Shown here: piece by piece, positions 17,130 through 26,564 of the stretch
Layout: each line of letters opens with the position of its first letter
Numbering within the stretch: position 1 is the stretch's first letter
DNA from: an uncultured Acidiluteibacter sp.
GTDB lineage: Bacteria > Bacteroidota > Bacteroidia > Flavobacteriales_E > Vicingaceae
NCBI GenBank assembly: GCA_965656555.1
Contig: CBFHLF010000001.1
Span: forward strand, 1 to 35,857
Direction: 5' to 3'
Length of the DNA: 35,857 nucleotides
Made by a program: the position numbers and the translations under genes
The notes under the pieces: generated by a model
What the model saw: only the letters and a program-made list of their open reading frames with translations
Database searches by the model: none
Told to the model about the DNA's origin: nothing

Positions 17130-18371
17130 ATGAGTAACCCACTACACCCTGAAAGTTTAATGATGACTCACGGATATTCTCCAGAGTTATCTGAAGGAGC
17201 TGTTAAAGCCCCATTATTCCAAACATCTACTTTCGTATTTAAAAGCGCAGAAGAAGGGAAAGCCTTTTTTGAAGTAGCTTATGGCCTGCGAGAATTAGGC
17301 AAAGATGAGGAGCAAGGTTTAATTTACAGCAGAATCAATAACCCTAATTTAGAAATCTTCGAAAGTCGATTGAAATTGTGGGATAAAGCAGACGATTGTG
17401 CCGTTTTTGAAAGTGGTATGGCAGCCATTAGCACCGTATTATTAGAATTTCTGAAGCCGGGAGATTTACTCATTTACAGCTCTCCAACTTATGGTGGAAC
17501 AGATCACTTCATCAATGATTATCTTAAAAGAATAGGTGTAGAAAGTGTTGGTATTGATGCCAATGATACTAAAGCTGATATACTTGCAAAAGTTCACGCA
17601 ACTGGAAAAGCGGACAAGGTGAGTTTATTCTTCATAGAGACACCCTCCAACCCGACTAACTCGCTTATCGACATCGCTATGTGCAGATCTATTGCAGATG
17701 AATTATCGACTGAAGATAAACCGGTTAAACTTGCTGTAGACAACACATTCATGGGGCCAATATGGTGCCACCCAATTGCACACGGTGCTGATCTTGTTAT
17801 CTATTCTGCAACTAAATACATTGGTGGACATAGTGATTTAATTGCCGGAGCAGTACTCGGAAATACAGAAGATATGATTCGAGTAAAAACCTTGAGAACT
17901 TTCTTGGGAAATATGGCTAGCCCACATACTTCTTGGATGCTAACGAGAAGCCTTGAAACACTAAAGGTTAGAATGGAGCAACAAGCAAAAAGTGCAGAAG
18001 CTGTTGCTACCTATTTATTGAATCACCAAAAGGTAGAGCAAGTTGTATATTTAGGAAACCTTGAGAAAGGAAGTACAGCTGAAGCGATTTATCAAAAGCA
18101 ATACAGCTCTCCTGGTGCCATGATTTCATTTGAAATAAAGGGTGGTGAGCCTGCTGCATTTCAGTTTTTAAATAAACTAAAATTAATCAAGCTTGCAGTA
18201 AGTTTAGGTAGTACTGAAAGTCTAATACAGCACCCTGCTTCAATGACTCATGCAGGAATAGCACCTGAGGAAAAACTTAAGATGGGAATTACCGAAGGAT
18301 TGGTAAGAATTTCAATAGGTGTTGAACACAGCGAAGATTTAATTCAAGATATCGCGCAGGCGTTAAATTAA
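17130..18371 (+). CDS. PLP-dependent Cys/Met metabolism enzyme, probable methionine gamma-lyase
   Basis: LHPESLMMTHGYSPELSEGAVKAPLFQTSTF, YSRINNPN, FESGMAAI, ETPSNPT, VDNTF, SATKYIGGHSD (PLP lysine), AVSLGSTESL. Confidence 0.9.
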   Translation: MSNPLHPESLMMTHGYSPELSEGAVKAPLFQTSTFVFKSAEEGKAFFEVAYGLRELGKDEEQGLIYSRINNPNLEIFESRLKLWDKADDCAVFESGMAAISTVLLEFLKPGDLLIYSSPTYGGTDHFINDYLKRIGVESVGIDANDTKADILAKVHATGKADKVSLFFIETPSNPTNSLIDIAMCRSIADELSTEDKPVKLAVDNTFMGPIWCHPIAHGADLVIYSATKYIGGHSDLIAGAVLGNTEDMIRVKTLRTFLGNMASPHTSWMLTRSLETLKVRMEQQAKSAEAVATYLLNHQKVEQVVYLGNLEKGSTAEAIYQKQYSSPGAMISFEIKGGEPAAFQFLNKLKLIKLAVSLGSTESLIQHPASMTHAGIAPEEKLKMGITEGLVRISIGVEHSEDLIQDIAQALN

Positions 18372-18413
18372 AAGTACTAGACAACAACGATTAAGTTGTT
18401 AATCATTATTATT

Positions 18414-18443
18414 TAAGGCAGTAGCAGAAATGTTACTGCCTTA
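18414..18443. terminator. Probable bidirectional intrinsic terminator between convergent genes
   Basis: TAAGGCAGTAGCA-gaaa-TGTTACTGCCTTA hairpin with one G-U pair on the plus strand. Confidence 0.75.
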
Positions 18444-18491
18444 TTCGTCTGTATTAATTCTTGATATTGTTTTAATTACGGAAATAAAAGA

Positions 18492-19640
18492 TTATTTATC
18501 TTCCATTCGTTTAATTACTGGGTTGGCATACATTTTTAGATAAATCTGACGTAGTTTTTCAGCATCTCCTTCTACATTTGAAAGTCGACTACTCATTACC
18601 TTTTCAAAGGTAGCCTTCTCATCTAATGTATATTTATCATCCCACTTAATGTTTTTATTTAGCAAGTCGCAAGCAATAAAATTAGTCGGAAATAATTTAA
18701 ATGTATCGTAAATTTCTTGATCGGCAAGAGCTACCACATCATTTACAAACTTCTCTTCAGTAACCTCACTTAGGTTATCACTTATTGTATTTAATGGTGT
18801 TCCGAAATTAAGGTGAATTCGGCCTTTTTTGCCTTCAATACCTCTCATCATGCTGATAAGGTCTTCCATAGGACCTTTAACATACTCTCGCTCTTCGCTT
18901 TTAGCCAAAAGCTCTGGAAGCAATAAGGCATCGCATGGGTTGTATTCGTAAGCAATAGTGACAGGAACAATATTTAATTGACGGAGGTGTTCAACTGGGT
19001 TTTTTCGACCTGCAATCGAAAGCATTTTAATTAAACCAGGTTGTGTTTTATCAATTCCGTCCTTGGTTCTACCCTCTCGCTGCGCGATCCAAACACTCTC
19101 ATTATCATTAATAATTGAGTGAGCAATGTATTTAGAGAGCTGCATAGAAGCCATTACTTTGTCTTTTCCTTGCTTTCCTCTTTTAACAATAAAACTCTTG
19201 TTTAATCGGACTAAATCATTAATCCAAGGCTCTTTAACCAGATTATCTCCAATTGCTATACGAGCCGTATCATAGTCATTATCGTTAAGCACTAAGTTCA
19301 TCAATGCGGAGTCCAGAACAATATCTCTGTGGGTGGATAAGAATAAATATGCCTTATCTTTTTCAATATGCTCCAACCCTGAAAAGGTAAACTCTTCAGA
19401 TGTTTTTGCTATAACAAATCCAAGCATTTTAGTAATCAATCCACTTTGGAACTGTTTTACTGTTTCAATTTGTCTGAGTTGCTGCTCCACTTGTTCAAAT
19501 GGCACTTTGCCTTGAAATGCATACTCCACCATTCCTCTAAACTCTTTCACGTTGAGTAAACGAGCTATCCCTTCCTTCACTTCACTATCATGGAGCGGTC
19601 GTATATCTTCGAATTCCATCTGATCTGATTCCACCTTCAA
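18492..19640 (-). CDS. Glycerol-3-phosphate/1-acylglycerol-3-phosphate acyltransferase (PlsC superfamily); true start may be the ATG at 19619
   Basis: FEDIRP, HRDIVLD (HX4D), IAIGDNL, WIAQREGRTKDG. Confidence 0.93.
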   Translation of the reverse strand: MKVESDQMEFEDIRPLHDSEVKEGIARLLNVKEFRGMVEYAFQGKVPFEQVEQQLRQIETVKQFQSGLITKMLGFVIAKTSEEFTFSGLEHIEKDKAYLFLSTHRDIVLDSALMNLVLNDNDYDTARIAIGDNLVKEPWINDLVRLNKSFIVKRGKQGKDKVMASMQLSKYIAHSIINDNESVWIAQREGRTKDGIDKTQPGLIKMLSIAGRKNPVEHLRQLNIVPVTIAYEYNPCDALLLPELLAKSEEREYVKGPMEDLISMMRGIEGKKGRIHLNFGTPLNTISDNLSEVTEEKFVNDVVALADQEIYDTFKLFPTNFIACDLLNKNIKWDDKYTLDEKATFEKVMSSRLSNVEGDAEKLRQIYLKMYANPVIKRMEDK

Positions 19641-19717
19641 TTGTATTTGGCTTGAGTTAAATGCTATTATTAAGCTTAGCTTTGTTTTCTAAAAAAACGA
19701 TAAAGATACCAATACGA

Positions 19718-20239
19718 ATGAAAATAAGCGATAAAAAGACTGTTTTTAAAGGCTTTTACGAAGTTTCAGCTGTTGTTGTAACGGATGAAAAAAACAACAA
19801 ACAAATTAAAAGAGAACAATTTAACTTATTTGACTCCGTGGCTGCTCTGGTCATCAACACGCTTACAGATGAAGTAATATTGGTCAAGCAATTTCGAGTA
19901 GGTGCTGAAAAAGAAATCATTGAGATTCCTGCAGGAAAGTGCGATGTTATGGAAGAATCAGTTGCCCAAACAATAAAGCGAGAAATTGTTGAAGAAGTCG
20001 GCTTTAAAACAGATGAATTGGCACAAATAGCTTGCTTTTACACCACACCGGGGCCTGTTACGGAAAAAATGACCTTATTCTTTGCCAAAGTGAGTGAAAA
20101 GATTGCAGCAGGCGGTGGCGTAGAAGGTGAGAACGAAAATATTGAAATTATAGCTATAAAAAGGGAAAAGTTCCTTTCGATGATATTTGAGGATGCAAAA
20201 ACAATCATTGCACAACAATGGTTGCAAATTCATGGATAA
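19718..20239 (+). CDS. Nudix hydrolase, ADP-ribose pyrophosphatase-like
   Basis: LVKQFR, EIPAGKCD...IKREIVEEVG Nudix box, GGGVEGENENIE, DAKT. Start moved to the ATG at 19718 because TAGCTTTG (19677-19684) lies inside the longer ORF's 5' extension. Confidence 0.92.
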   Translation: MKISDKKTVFKGFYEVSAVVVTDEKNNKQIKREQFNLFDSVAALVINTLTDEVILVKQFRVGAEKEIIEIPAGKCDVMEESVAQTIKREIVEEVGFKTDELAQIACFYTTPGPVTEKMTLFFAKVSEKIAAGGGVEGENENIEIIAIKREKFLSMIFEDAKTIIAQQWLQIHG

Positions 20240-20282
20240 AATATCGCTTCATCTCCACTCTATTGTGTAATTTCGACCCTTA

Positions 20283-22298
20283 ATGAAATTTGTCTACCCG
20301 GAGTTTCTTTATGCATTATTCGCACTTGCGATCCCAATTCTTATTCACCTATTCAACTTTAGGCGATATAAAACGGTTTATTTTACTAACGTACGATTTC
20401 TAAAGAGTGTTCAAGAAGAGACTCAATCTACAAATAAACTAAAGCACCTATTGGTTTTGATAAGCCGATTATTGGCTTTAGCTGCACTTATTTTTGCATT
20501 TGCCCAACCTACGCTTCTCTCTGATAATCAACAGCAACAATTTGGGGATCATGTTGTGGGGATATATCTAGACAACTCTTTTAGTATGCAAGCCGAAAGT
20601 GAAAATGGTCAATTACTAGATGTTGCTAAAAATAAAGCAATTAATATCATTGATGCTTATCAGCAAGACGATCAGTTTTTGATTTTAACTAATGATTTTG
20701 AATCAACACATCAACGGTTGATTAATAAAGAACAATTAATAGAGGAACTTCAAACCATTCAATTGTCACCTGCTGTAAAATCACTTTCAGAGGTTACTAG
20801 TCGTTTGAATGATATCATGGTAAAGTCTGAAGGTTTACACAAGTCCATTTATTTGATCAGCGACTTTCAGCGCAGTAGTTCAGGTATTTCTGAAATGACC
20901 ACTGACAGTTTGACTGCGATCAAATTTGTGCCTATAACCCCTGAGTTAATGGCAAATCTTTACATCGATAGTTGTTGGTTTTACACCCCATTTAGACAAC
21001 AATCGGGAGCAGAACAGCTCGTTGTAAAAATTGTAAATGCTTCTGAAAAAAAATTCGAAAACATTCCCATTCGTTTAGAAATAAACGGACAAACCAAAAC
21101 ACCTGGTAGTTTTAATATCGGACCAAATGAAGTGGCTTATGATACACTCAGTTTTACTAACGGTACTAATGGGCTACAAGCAGGAAAAATAAGCATCAAA
21201 GATTACCCGATTACTTTTGATGACCATTTTTACTTCAGCTACGTCATTGCAGAAAACCTTAATGCTACTTCCATAGATCAGTCAGCTAATACTCCCTCTA
21301 TTGCAGCATTATTTAAGGATGATGATTTTATTAGGTTACAACAGTCCGCAGTTGAAAAGATCAACTACCGAGAACTTGGCGAACAACAATTAATTATCAT
21401 CAATAATGTAAAGCAGTACTCTAGCGGCTTAATACAGGAGTTGAAAAAATTTGTAACAAATGGTGGTCATCTAGCTATATTTCCGCATAAAGGCGATGCT
21501 GGTACGCAGAATAAATTGCTCAACGCATTTGGTTGGCAGTTGGGGAATCGATTAACAACACCGACTAAAATTGATTTTATTAATGCAGCTTCTCCAGTTT
21601 TCCGAAATGTGTTTGAACAGCTGCCCGAAAATATTAACTTACCCATTGCGACCAGTTATTATCAATTATCTGATTATGGAGAAGTTTTGATGCGTTTTCA
21701 AAATAGAAAACCATTCTTACTACAAAAAACTGTTGGAAAAGGCTCCTTATATCTCGCTGCTACTAGTTTAGAAACAGACGAGAGTAATTTTACTGAGCAT
21801 GCCATTTTTGTGCCTACCATTTATAATATAGCACTTATGAGCCAGAAAGCAGATGAGCTATTTTATACCATAAATGAAAACAATAAAATTACGACAGCAG
21901 CTTATAATAGTGGTGAGCAACCTATGAAAATTGTTGGCAATCAGGTTGATTTTATTCCTGAACAGCGTAAAAACGACCAAGAAGTGAACTTATTTTTACA
22001 TGGCCAAATTACTGAAGCAGGAAATTACGCACTCGTTAATCAAGAAGAACGTATGTTTGGGTTTGGTATGAATTACGATAGAAGAGAATCGGCTTTAGCG
22101 ACCTATACCACAGCAGAACTTACCGATGAATTACTCACTAGCAACGTCAAAAATTATACGATATTTACATCCAATAATGAATTGCTGACCAATGAGATTG
22201 AACAGCTTAATAACGGCATAGCCTTATGGAAATATGCCATTATGCTGTGTTTGTTTTTCTTGGGATGTGAAGTATTGTTATTACGCTTTTATCATTAA
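20283..22298 (+). CDS. BatA-domain / vWA-containing membrane protein
   Basis: MKFVYPEFLYALFALAIPILIHLFNFRRYKTVYFTNVRFL (BatA N-terminus), LDNSFSM (MIDAS-like), ISDFQ, C-terminal TM segment. Confidence 0.9.
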   Translation: MKFVYPEFLYALFALAIPILIHLFNFRRYKTVYFTNVRFLKSVQEETQSTNKLKHLLVLISRLLALAALIFAFAQPTLLSDNQQQQFGDHVVGIYLDNSFSMQAESENGQLLDVAKNKAINIIDAYQQDDQFLILTNDFESTHQRLINKEQLIEELQTIQLSPAVKSLSEVTSRLNDIMVKSEGLHKSIYLISDFQRSSSGISEMTTDSLTAIKFVPITPELMANLYIDSCWFYTPFRQQSGAEQLVVKIVNASEKKFENIPIRLEINGQTKTPGSFNIGPNEVAYDTLSFTNGTNGLQAGKISIKDYPITFDDHFYFSYVIAENLNATSIDQSANTPSIAALFKDDDFIRLQQSAVEKINYRELGEQQLIIINNVKQYSSGLIQELKKFVTNGGHLAIFPHKGDAGTQNKLLNAFGWQLGNRLTTPTKIDFINAASPVFRNVFEQLPENINLPIATSYYQLSDYGEVLMRFQNRKPFLLQKTVGKGSLYLAATSLETDESNFTEHAIFVPTIYNIALMSQKADELFYTINENNKITTAAYNSGEQPMKIVGNQVDFIPEQRKNDQEVNLFLHGQITEAGNYALVNQEERMFGFGMNYDRRESALATYTTAELTDELLTSNVKNYTIFTSNNELLTNEIEQLNNGIALWKYAIMLCLFFLGCEVLLLRFYH

Positions 22299-22308
22299 AA
22301 AAAGACTT

Positions 22309-23586
22309 ATGAAGCTGTTTATTCGTGCCGCCAAATTAATCGACCGCTCATCACCTTTACACCTACAAATAGTAGACATACATATTGTTGGTGGTAAAAT
22401 AGAAGCCATTGGCAAAAGCCTAACTCCTCCTGAAAATACACCAATTTATACTGCTGAGAACTTACATGTTTCAGCAGGTTGGTTTGATTTACGCGCAAAC
22501 TTTGCAGACCCAGGATACGAGCACAAAGAGACCTTGCAATCTGGAACCAGGGCTGCTGCTGCAGGCGGATTTACCGGTGTAGCCCTCTCCCCTGCAACTT
22601 CCCCTGTAATTGACTCTAAATCATTAGTTGAATACATCAAAAATCAAACAAATAACTCTTTAGTAGACGTTCATCCAATGGGAACGGTGAGTAAAAAAAT
22701 GGAAGGAAAAGAGCTTGCTGAATTATACGATATGCGTTCTTCAGGGGCAATTGCTTTTAGTGATGATAAGGAATCGGTACAGAACCCTAACTTATTGAAA
22801 ACAGCGCTACTATACACCAAAGCTTTTGATGGACTAATCATTCAATACCCCAACCAATTTGACTTGAGCTATAAAGGAATGATGCACGAAGGAGAAGTTA
22901 GCACCAACCTAGGAATGAAAGGAATTCCTGCTTTGGCTGAAGAAATAATGGTGAATCGTGACATCTATCTTGTGGCTTACACCGAGGGAAAACTACACTT
23001 CTCTACCATTAGCTCAAGCGGAAGTGTAAACCTCATAAAAGAAGCAAAAAAAGAACAAATAGCTATTACTGCAGATGTTTGCGCACTCAATTTATTACTA
23101 GAAGATAAGGAATTGGAGGAATTTGATACCCGATATAAATTACTACCACCTTTGCGGGATAAAAAGCACGTAAATGCACTGATTAAGGGCTTAAAAAATC
23201 AAACCATCGATGCCATTTGCTCCGATCATCAACCTGAAGATATTGAATTAAAAAAACGCGAATTTGAACATGCTGCTTTTGGAAGTATCAACCTTCAGAC
23301 CGCATTCGCTGTAGCCAATACTGCAGTGAAAAATCAATTAGAAATAACCGACCTGATTGATAAATTTACAGTCAACCCTCGTAAGATATTGGGATTGCCA
23401 CAACCTCAAATTTCAGCAGGTGAGCTAGCCAACTTGACCCTTTTTGACCCTTCTTTATCATGGGAAGTAGATAAAAAGTCCATGCTGTCAAAATCTAAAA
23501 ACAGTCCACTTTTTGGAAGAACACTTATAGGAAAACCGTTAGGTGTAATCAATAAAAATCAGACAACCTTACCGAAGAAGCAATGA
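22309..23586 (+). CDS. pyrC: Dihydroorotase-like amidohydrolase, probably catalytically inactive (PyrC'-like)
   Basis: DPGYEHKETLQSGTRAAAAGGFT, KLLPPLR, IDAICSDHQP, SKSKNSP. Start set at the ATG at 22309, after the upstream gene's stop. The HxH metal motif is replaced (DLRANF). Confidence 0.85.
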   Translation: MKLFIRAAKLIDRSSPLHLQIVDIHIVGGKIEAIGKSLTPPENTPIYTAENLHVSAGWFDLRANFADPGYEHKETLQSGTRAAAAGGFTGVALSPATSPVIDSKSLVEYIKNQTNNSLVDVHPMGTVSKKMEGKELAELYDMRSSGAIAFSDDKESVQNPNLLKTALLYTKAFDGLIIQYPNQFDLSYKGMMHEGEVSTNLGMKGIPALAEEIMVNRDIYLVAYTEGKLHFSTISSSGSVNLIKEAKKEQIAITADVCALNLLLEDKELEEFDTRYKLLPPLRDKKHVNALIKGLKNQTIDAICSDHQPEDIELKKREFEHAAFGSINLQTAFAVANTAVKNQLEITDLIDKFTVNPRKILGLPQPQISAGELANLTLFDPSLSWEVDKKSMLSKSKNSPLFGRTLIGKPLGVINKNQTTLPKKQ

Positions 23587-24236
23587 AAATATTATTTAGC
23601 TTAATTATCTTCAGCTTATCGCTTACTGCTTTTGCGCAAAACAAAGCCGACACAACAGTGTCTGACAGTACTATTAATTATGAATCGTTAACGCGCACGG
23701 CTATTATCGATTATACACAAGAATTTCTCGGAAGAAACAGCACCTTTGAACCAACGTTCCAGTTTGATTCCTTGGATAAGATTATGAAGATAAGTGAATA
23801 CAGGGACACCCTTTGGCCTGCTGATAGCGTTCGAAATGATACAACTATTGCGCATTTTTTATTGAATTATTCAATTGAGTCAGGAGGCTCAAAAGTAGAT
23901 GAAATTACTTTTACCGTTACACCAAATTATGAGGTGTTGGATACCGGACTGCTAAAGCTTAATTACTTAATACAACTGGCTAACAAAGAACTGACAAGCC
24001 TAACCGACGCAAAAGAAAAGGTAAAAGGAGAATATCCTGATGCAATTTGGAAAAGCATAAAGCTGGAACGCGGAAAGATTACACACTATGCGCACAAAGG
24101 TTATAAGGTAGGCGACTTTTTGACTTACTATTATTTTGATGGAATTTGTAAAACCTGTTCTTATCAAATTATCAAACTTCAATTTGATGCTGAAACAGGA
24201 AAAATAGCTAGTGAATTGAAAATAAAGACAGATTAA
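23583..24236 (+). CDS. Exported hypothetical protein, possible PepSY-like C-terminus
   Basis: Signal peptide ending AFAQ; C-terminal LQFDAETGKI; a CxxC (CKTC). Confidence 0.7.
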   Translation: MKILFSLIIFSLSLTAFAQNKADTTVSDSTINYESLTRTAIIDYTQEFLGRNSTFEPTFQFDSLDKIMKISEYRDTLWPADSVRNDTTIAHFLLNYSIESGGSKVDEITFTVTPNYEVLDTGLLKLNYLIQLANKELTSLTDAKEKVKGEYPDAIWKSIKLERGKITHYAHKGYKVGDFLTYYYFDGICKTCSYQIIKLQFDAETGKIASELKIKTD

Positions 24237-24239
24237 TAA

Positions 24240-24920
24240 TTACAAAAATGTTGTTCCTTTATATTGATCGAGCATCCAACCTGTAATGCTGTATCTGCTT
24301 TTATGCGCTAAAGCAACCTCGTGCTCAAGCAATTCACTCCTAAAAACGACTAACCTGCCCAAAAGCGGATCAACGATTACTGTTTTTTCTGATCCATTTT
24401 CTTGTAAGTAAAGTAGCAGCTCACCTCCGTCCCCACTTTTCCAATCGGGGTTGAGATAAAATACAAAACTCAACTTTCTATGATCTGAAAGCTTTAGCAA
24501 ATCCAAATGCCGTTTGTAAAATGTCCCGGCAGGATAATGTGCAAAATGACACTCTACATCTTTCAAACTTAGAAATAACGTGCGGTTAAAGTAATTCATC
24601 ATAGCCGAAACCTGATCAAAATATACTTGTGATGGTGCAGAAAGATCACTCATATCCAACCATTTAATTTCATCACCACGAATTGATTTATCTACTTGGT
24701 GCATTCCCAAAGTTCCAATTCCTGCTTTTTTAAAAGCTCCGTCGGCTTTATTTTCTTGCAATACAGACAAACAAGCCAAGGCTTCTTCATCACTTAAGAA
24801 ATTGTCAATGATGGCGTAAGCGTTATCTGCCAAAGAATCGGCAATAGTATCTAATAAAGATATCTCGGTAGCAGCAGATTGGTCGTCGTGAACCAATTCA
24901 AAGTTAAAACGGCTTTTCAT
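24240..24920 (-). CDS. 2OG-Fe(II) oxygenase, prolyl-hydroxylase (PHD/EGLN/SM-20)-like
   Basis: IRGDEIKWL, HYPAGTFYKRHLD (HxD), YLNPDW...GGEL, HEV, RYSITGW. Confidence 0.92.
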   Translation of the reverse strand: MKSRFNFELVHDDQSAATEISLLDTIADSLADNAYAIIDNFLSDEEALACLSVLQENKADGAFKKAGIGTLGMHQVDKSIRGDEIKWLDMSDLSAPSQVYFDQVSAMMNYFNRTLFLSLKDVECHFAHYPAGTFYKRHLDLLKLSDHRKLSFVFYLNPDWKSGDGGELLLYLQENGSEKTVIVDPLLGRLVVFRSELLEHEVALAHKSRYSITGWMLDQYKGTTFL

Positions 24921-25213
24921 TTCTAAAATTTAGCGAGGCGAAATTAGGTTTAATCTCAATTGGTCTCATCGTCTTGAAATAATTTAATGAGAATGCTTAA
25001 TACTTTAAGGAGGTCCTAACTACGGTTGATAAAGACTAGCTAATCTGTTTTACAGTAAATACTGAAATAAATGACGATAAATAAACAGCTTTTAAGTATT
25101 GAATATCATTCATTAATACATAAAAATCGAACTAATGAATGAAAAATCATACATTAAAATGTATCTTAATTAATATGATACTTCAAGTGATGAACAAATA
25201 AAGCGATGTATTG

Positions 25214-26149
25214 CTACTTCTTGGGCGTATTCTTCAATGGTTCTGTAGAAAATACTTTACCCTCGATAGCCAAAGCTGTGGACTTAAACTGCAATTTTGC
25301 TTCTGCCAATAACGGTTTTAAATCATTGTAACGATTAGAGAAGTGACCGATAATAAGTTGCTTTACTTCTGCTTTTGCAGCAAATATTCCTGTTTGCTGA
25401 GCAGTAGAGTGGTAAGTCTTCTTGGCTCGCTGTTTTTCAGAGTGCATAAAAGTAGCTTCATGATACAATAAGTCGACTCCTTTTACAAACGACAGATACT
25501 TTTCATGTGGAGCACTATCAGCACAGTAGGCGTAAGATTGTGGAGCAGGCGGATCAATCGTTAATGCTTTATTGGGAATTACTTCGCCTTCTTCTGTCGT
25601 AAAATCTGCACCTTCTTTTAATTTACCTCTAAAGTAATTAGGAACGTTATAAAAGGCCACGCGCTTACCATCAATTTTTCTTGGTTTGGGTTTTTCTTGA
25701 AACCGATACCCAAAGCATTTTATACGGTGATTAACCTCAAAAGCAGTAACCTCCACTTCACTATCCTCATAAATAGGTACATTTTTGCCTTCTACATGAT
25801 GATAAATTTGCTGGAAACTTAAACTACCGCCTGCATATTTAAATTGCACTTGGATTACTTCCTGTAGCTCTTTTGGTCCATAGATGTGGACAGGAGACTT
25901 TCTGCCCAACATATGCATGGTGGATAACAATCCGACTAAACCAAAAAAGTGATCACCGTGCAAGTGGGATATGAATATATGATCAAGCTGCTGAAAACGA
26001 ACCTTATAACGACGCAATTGCAACTGAGTTGCTTCTCCGCAATCAACTAAAAACAGGTTTCGCTCGGTAGTTACTAATTGAGATGTTTGATTTCTAGCTA
26101 ATGTAGGTGCTGCTGCTGCACTTCCGAGAATGAGAACTGATAGCGCCAT
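25214..26149 (-). CDS. rnz: Ribonuclease Z
   Basis: LVDCGEATQ, SHLHGDH (HxHxDH), YHEATF, HST, GHFSNRY. Confidence 0.96.
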   Translation of the reverse strand: MALSVLILGSAAAAPTLARNQTSQLVTTERNLFLVDCGEATQLQLRRYKVRFQQLDHIFISHLHGDHFFGLVGLLSTMHMLGRKSPVHIYGPKELQEVIQVQFKYAGGSLSFQQIYHHVEGKNVPIYEDSEVEVTAFEVNHRIKCFGYRFQEKPKPRKIDGKRVAFYNVPNYFRGKLKEGADFTTEEGEVIPNKALTIDPPAPQSYAYCADSAPHEKYLSFVKGVDLLYHEATFMHSEKQRAKKTYHSTAQQTGIFAAKAEVKQLIIGHFSNRYNDLKPLLAEAKLQFKSTALAIEGKVFSTEPLKNTPKK

Positions 26150-26523
26150 TAAATCAAATCGTCTAATTCCTTTTCTAGGTTATCCATAAAAATATAATCA
26201 ACGGCCTCATTGTAGGTTGGGACTATATTTAGAATAGTATCTAATTGAGAAATTTCGATCAACTTTTTCACAGAAGCTTGTAATCCGCATAAAACCAAAA
26301 TACCCTGGTTTTCTTTTGCTATCCGATTCATGACGAGAATAGCACTAAGACCTGAAGAATCACAATACTTAACTGCTGACAAATCAAGGATAAAATTAGC
26401 AAACCCTTCCTCGTTCAAAATTACGGCATCTGACTTCACTGAAGGTGCCACAATAGAATTGAGTTTTTCGACTTCAAGTTTTAATCCTGCAAACTTTTCT
26501 TCTCGTAATATTTCGTAGTCCAT
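26149..26523 (-). CDS. STAS-domain anti-sigma factor antagonist
   Basis: ILDLSAVKYCDSSGLSAIL, VKKLIEISQLD; stop codon overlaps the rnz start by 1 nt. Confidence 0.92.
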   Translation of the reverse strand: MDYEILREEKFAGLKLEVEKLNSIVAPSVKSDAVILNEEGFANFILDLSAVKYCDSSGLSAILVMNRIAKENQGILVLCGLQASVKKLIEISQLDTILNIVPTYNEAVDYIFMDNLEKELDDLI

Positions 26524-26564
26524 AATTACTGTTACTTCTTCCGTTCGAATATAGTAAAATATTT

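Noticed and set aside
22234-22308. Cys-rich N-terminal extension of the dihydroorotase-like ORF
   Set aside because: Overlaps the end of the BatA gene; the ATG at 22309 gives a typical N-terminus
24921-25213. ~290-bp AT-rich intergenic region as a possible sRNA or small ORF (25-codon MNDIQYLK... on minus)
   Set aside because: No convincing stable structure, terminator or protein motif; cannot be supported from the sequence alone
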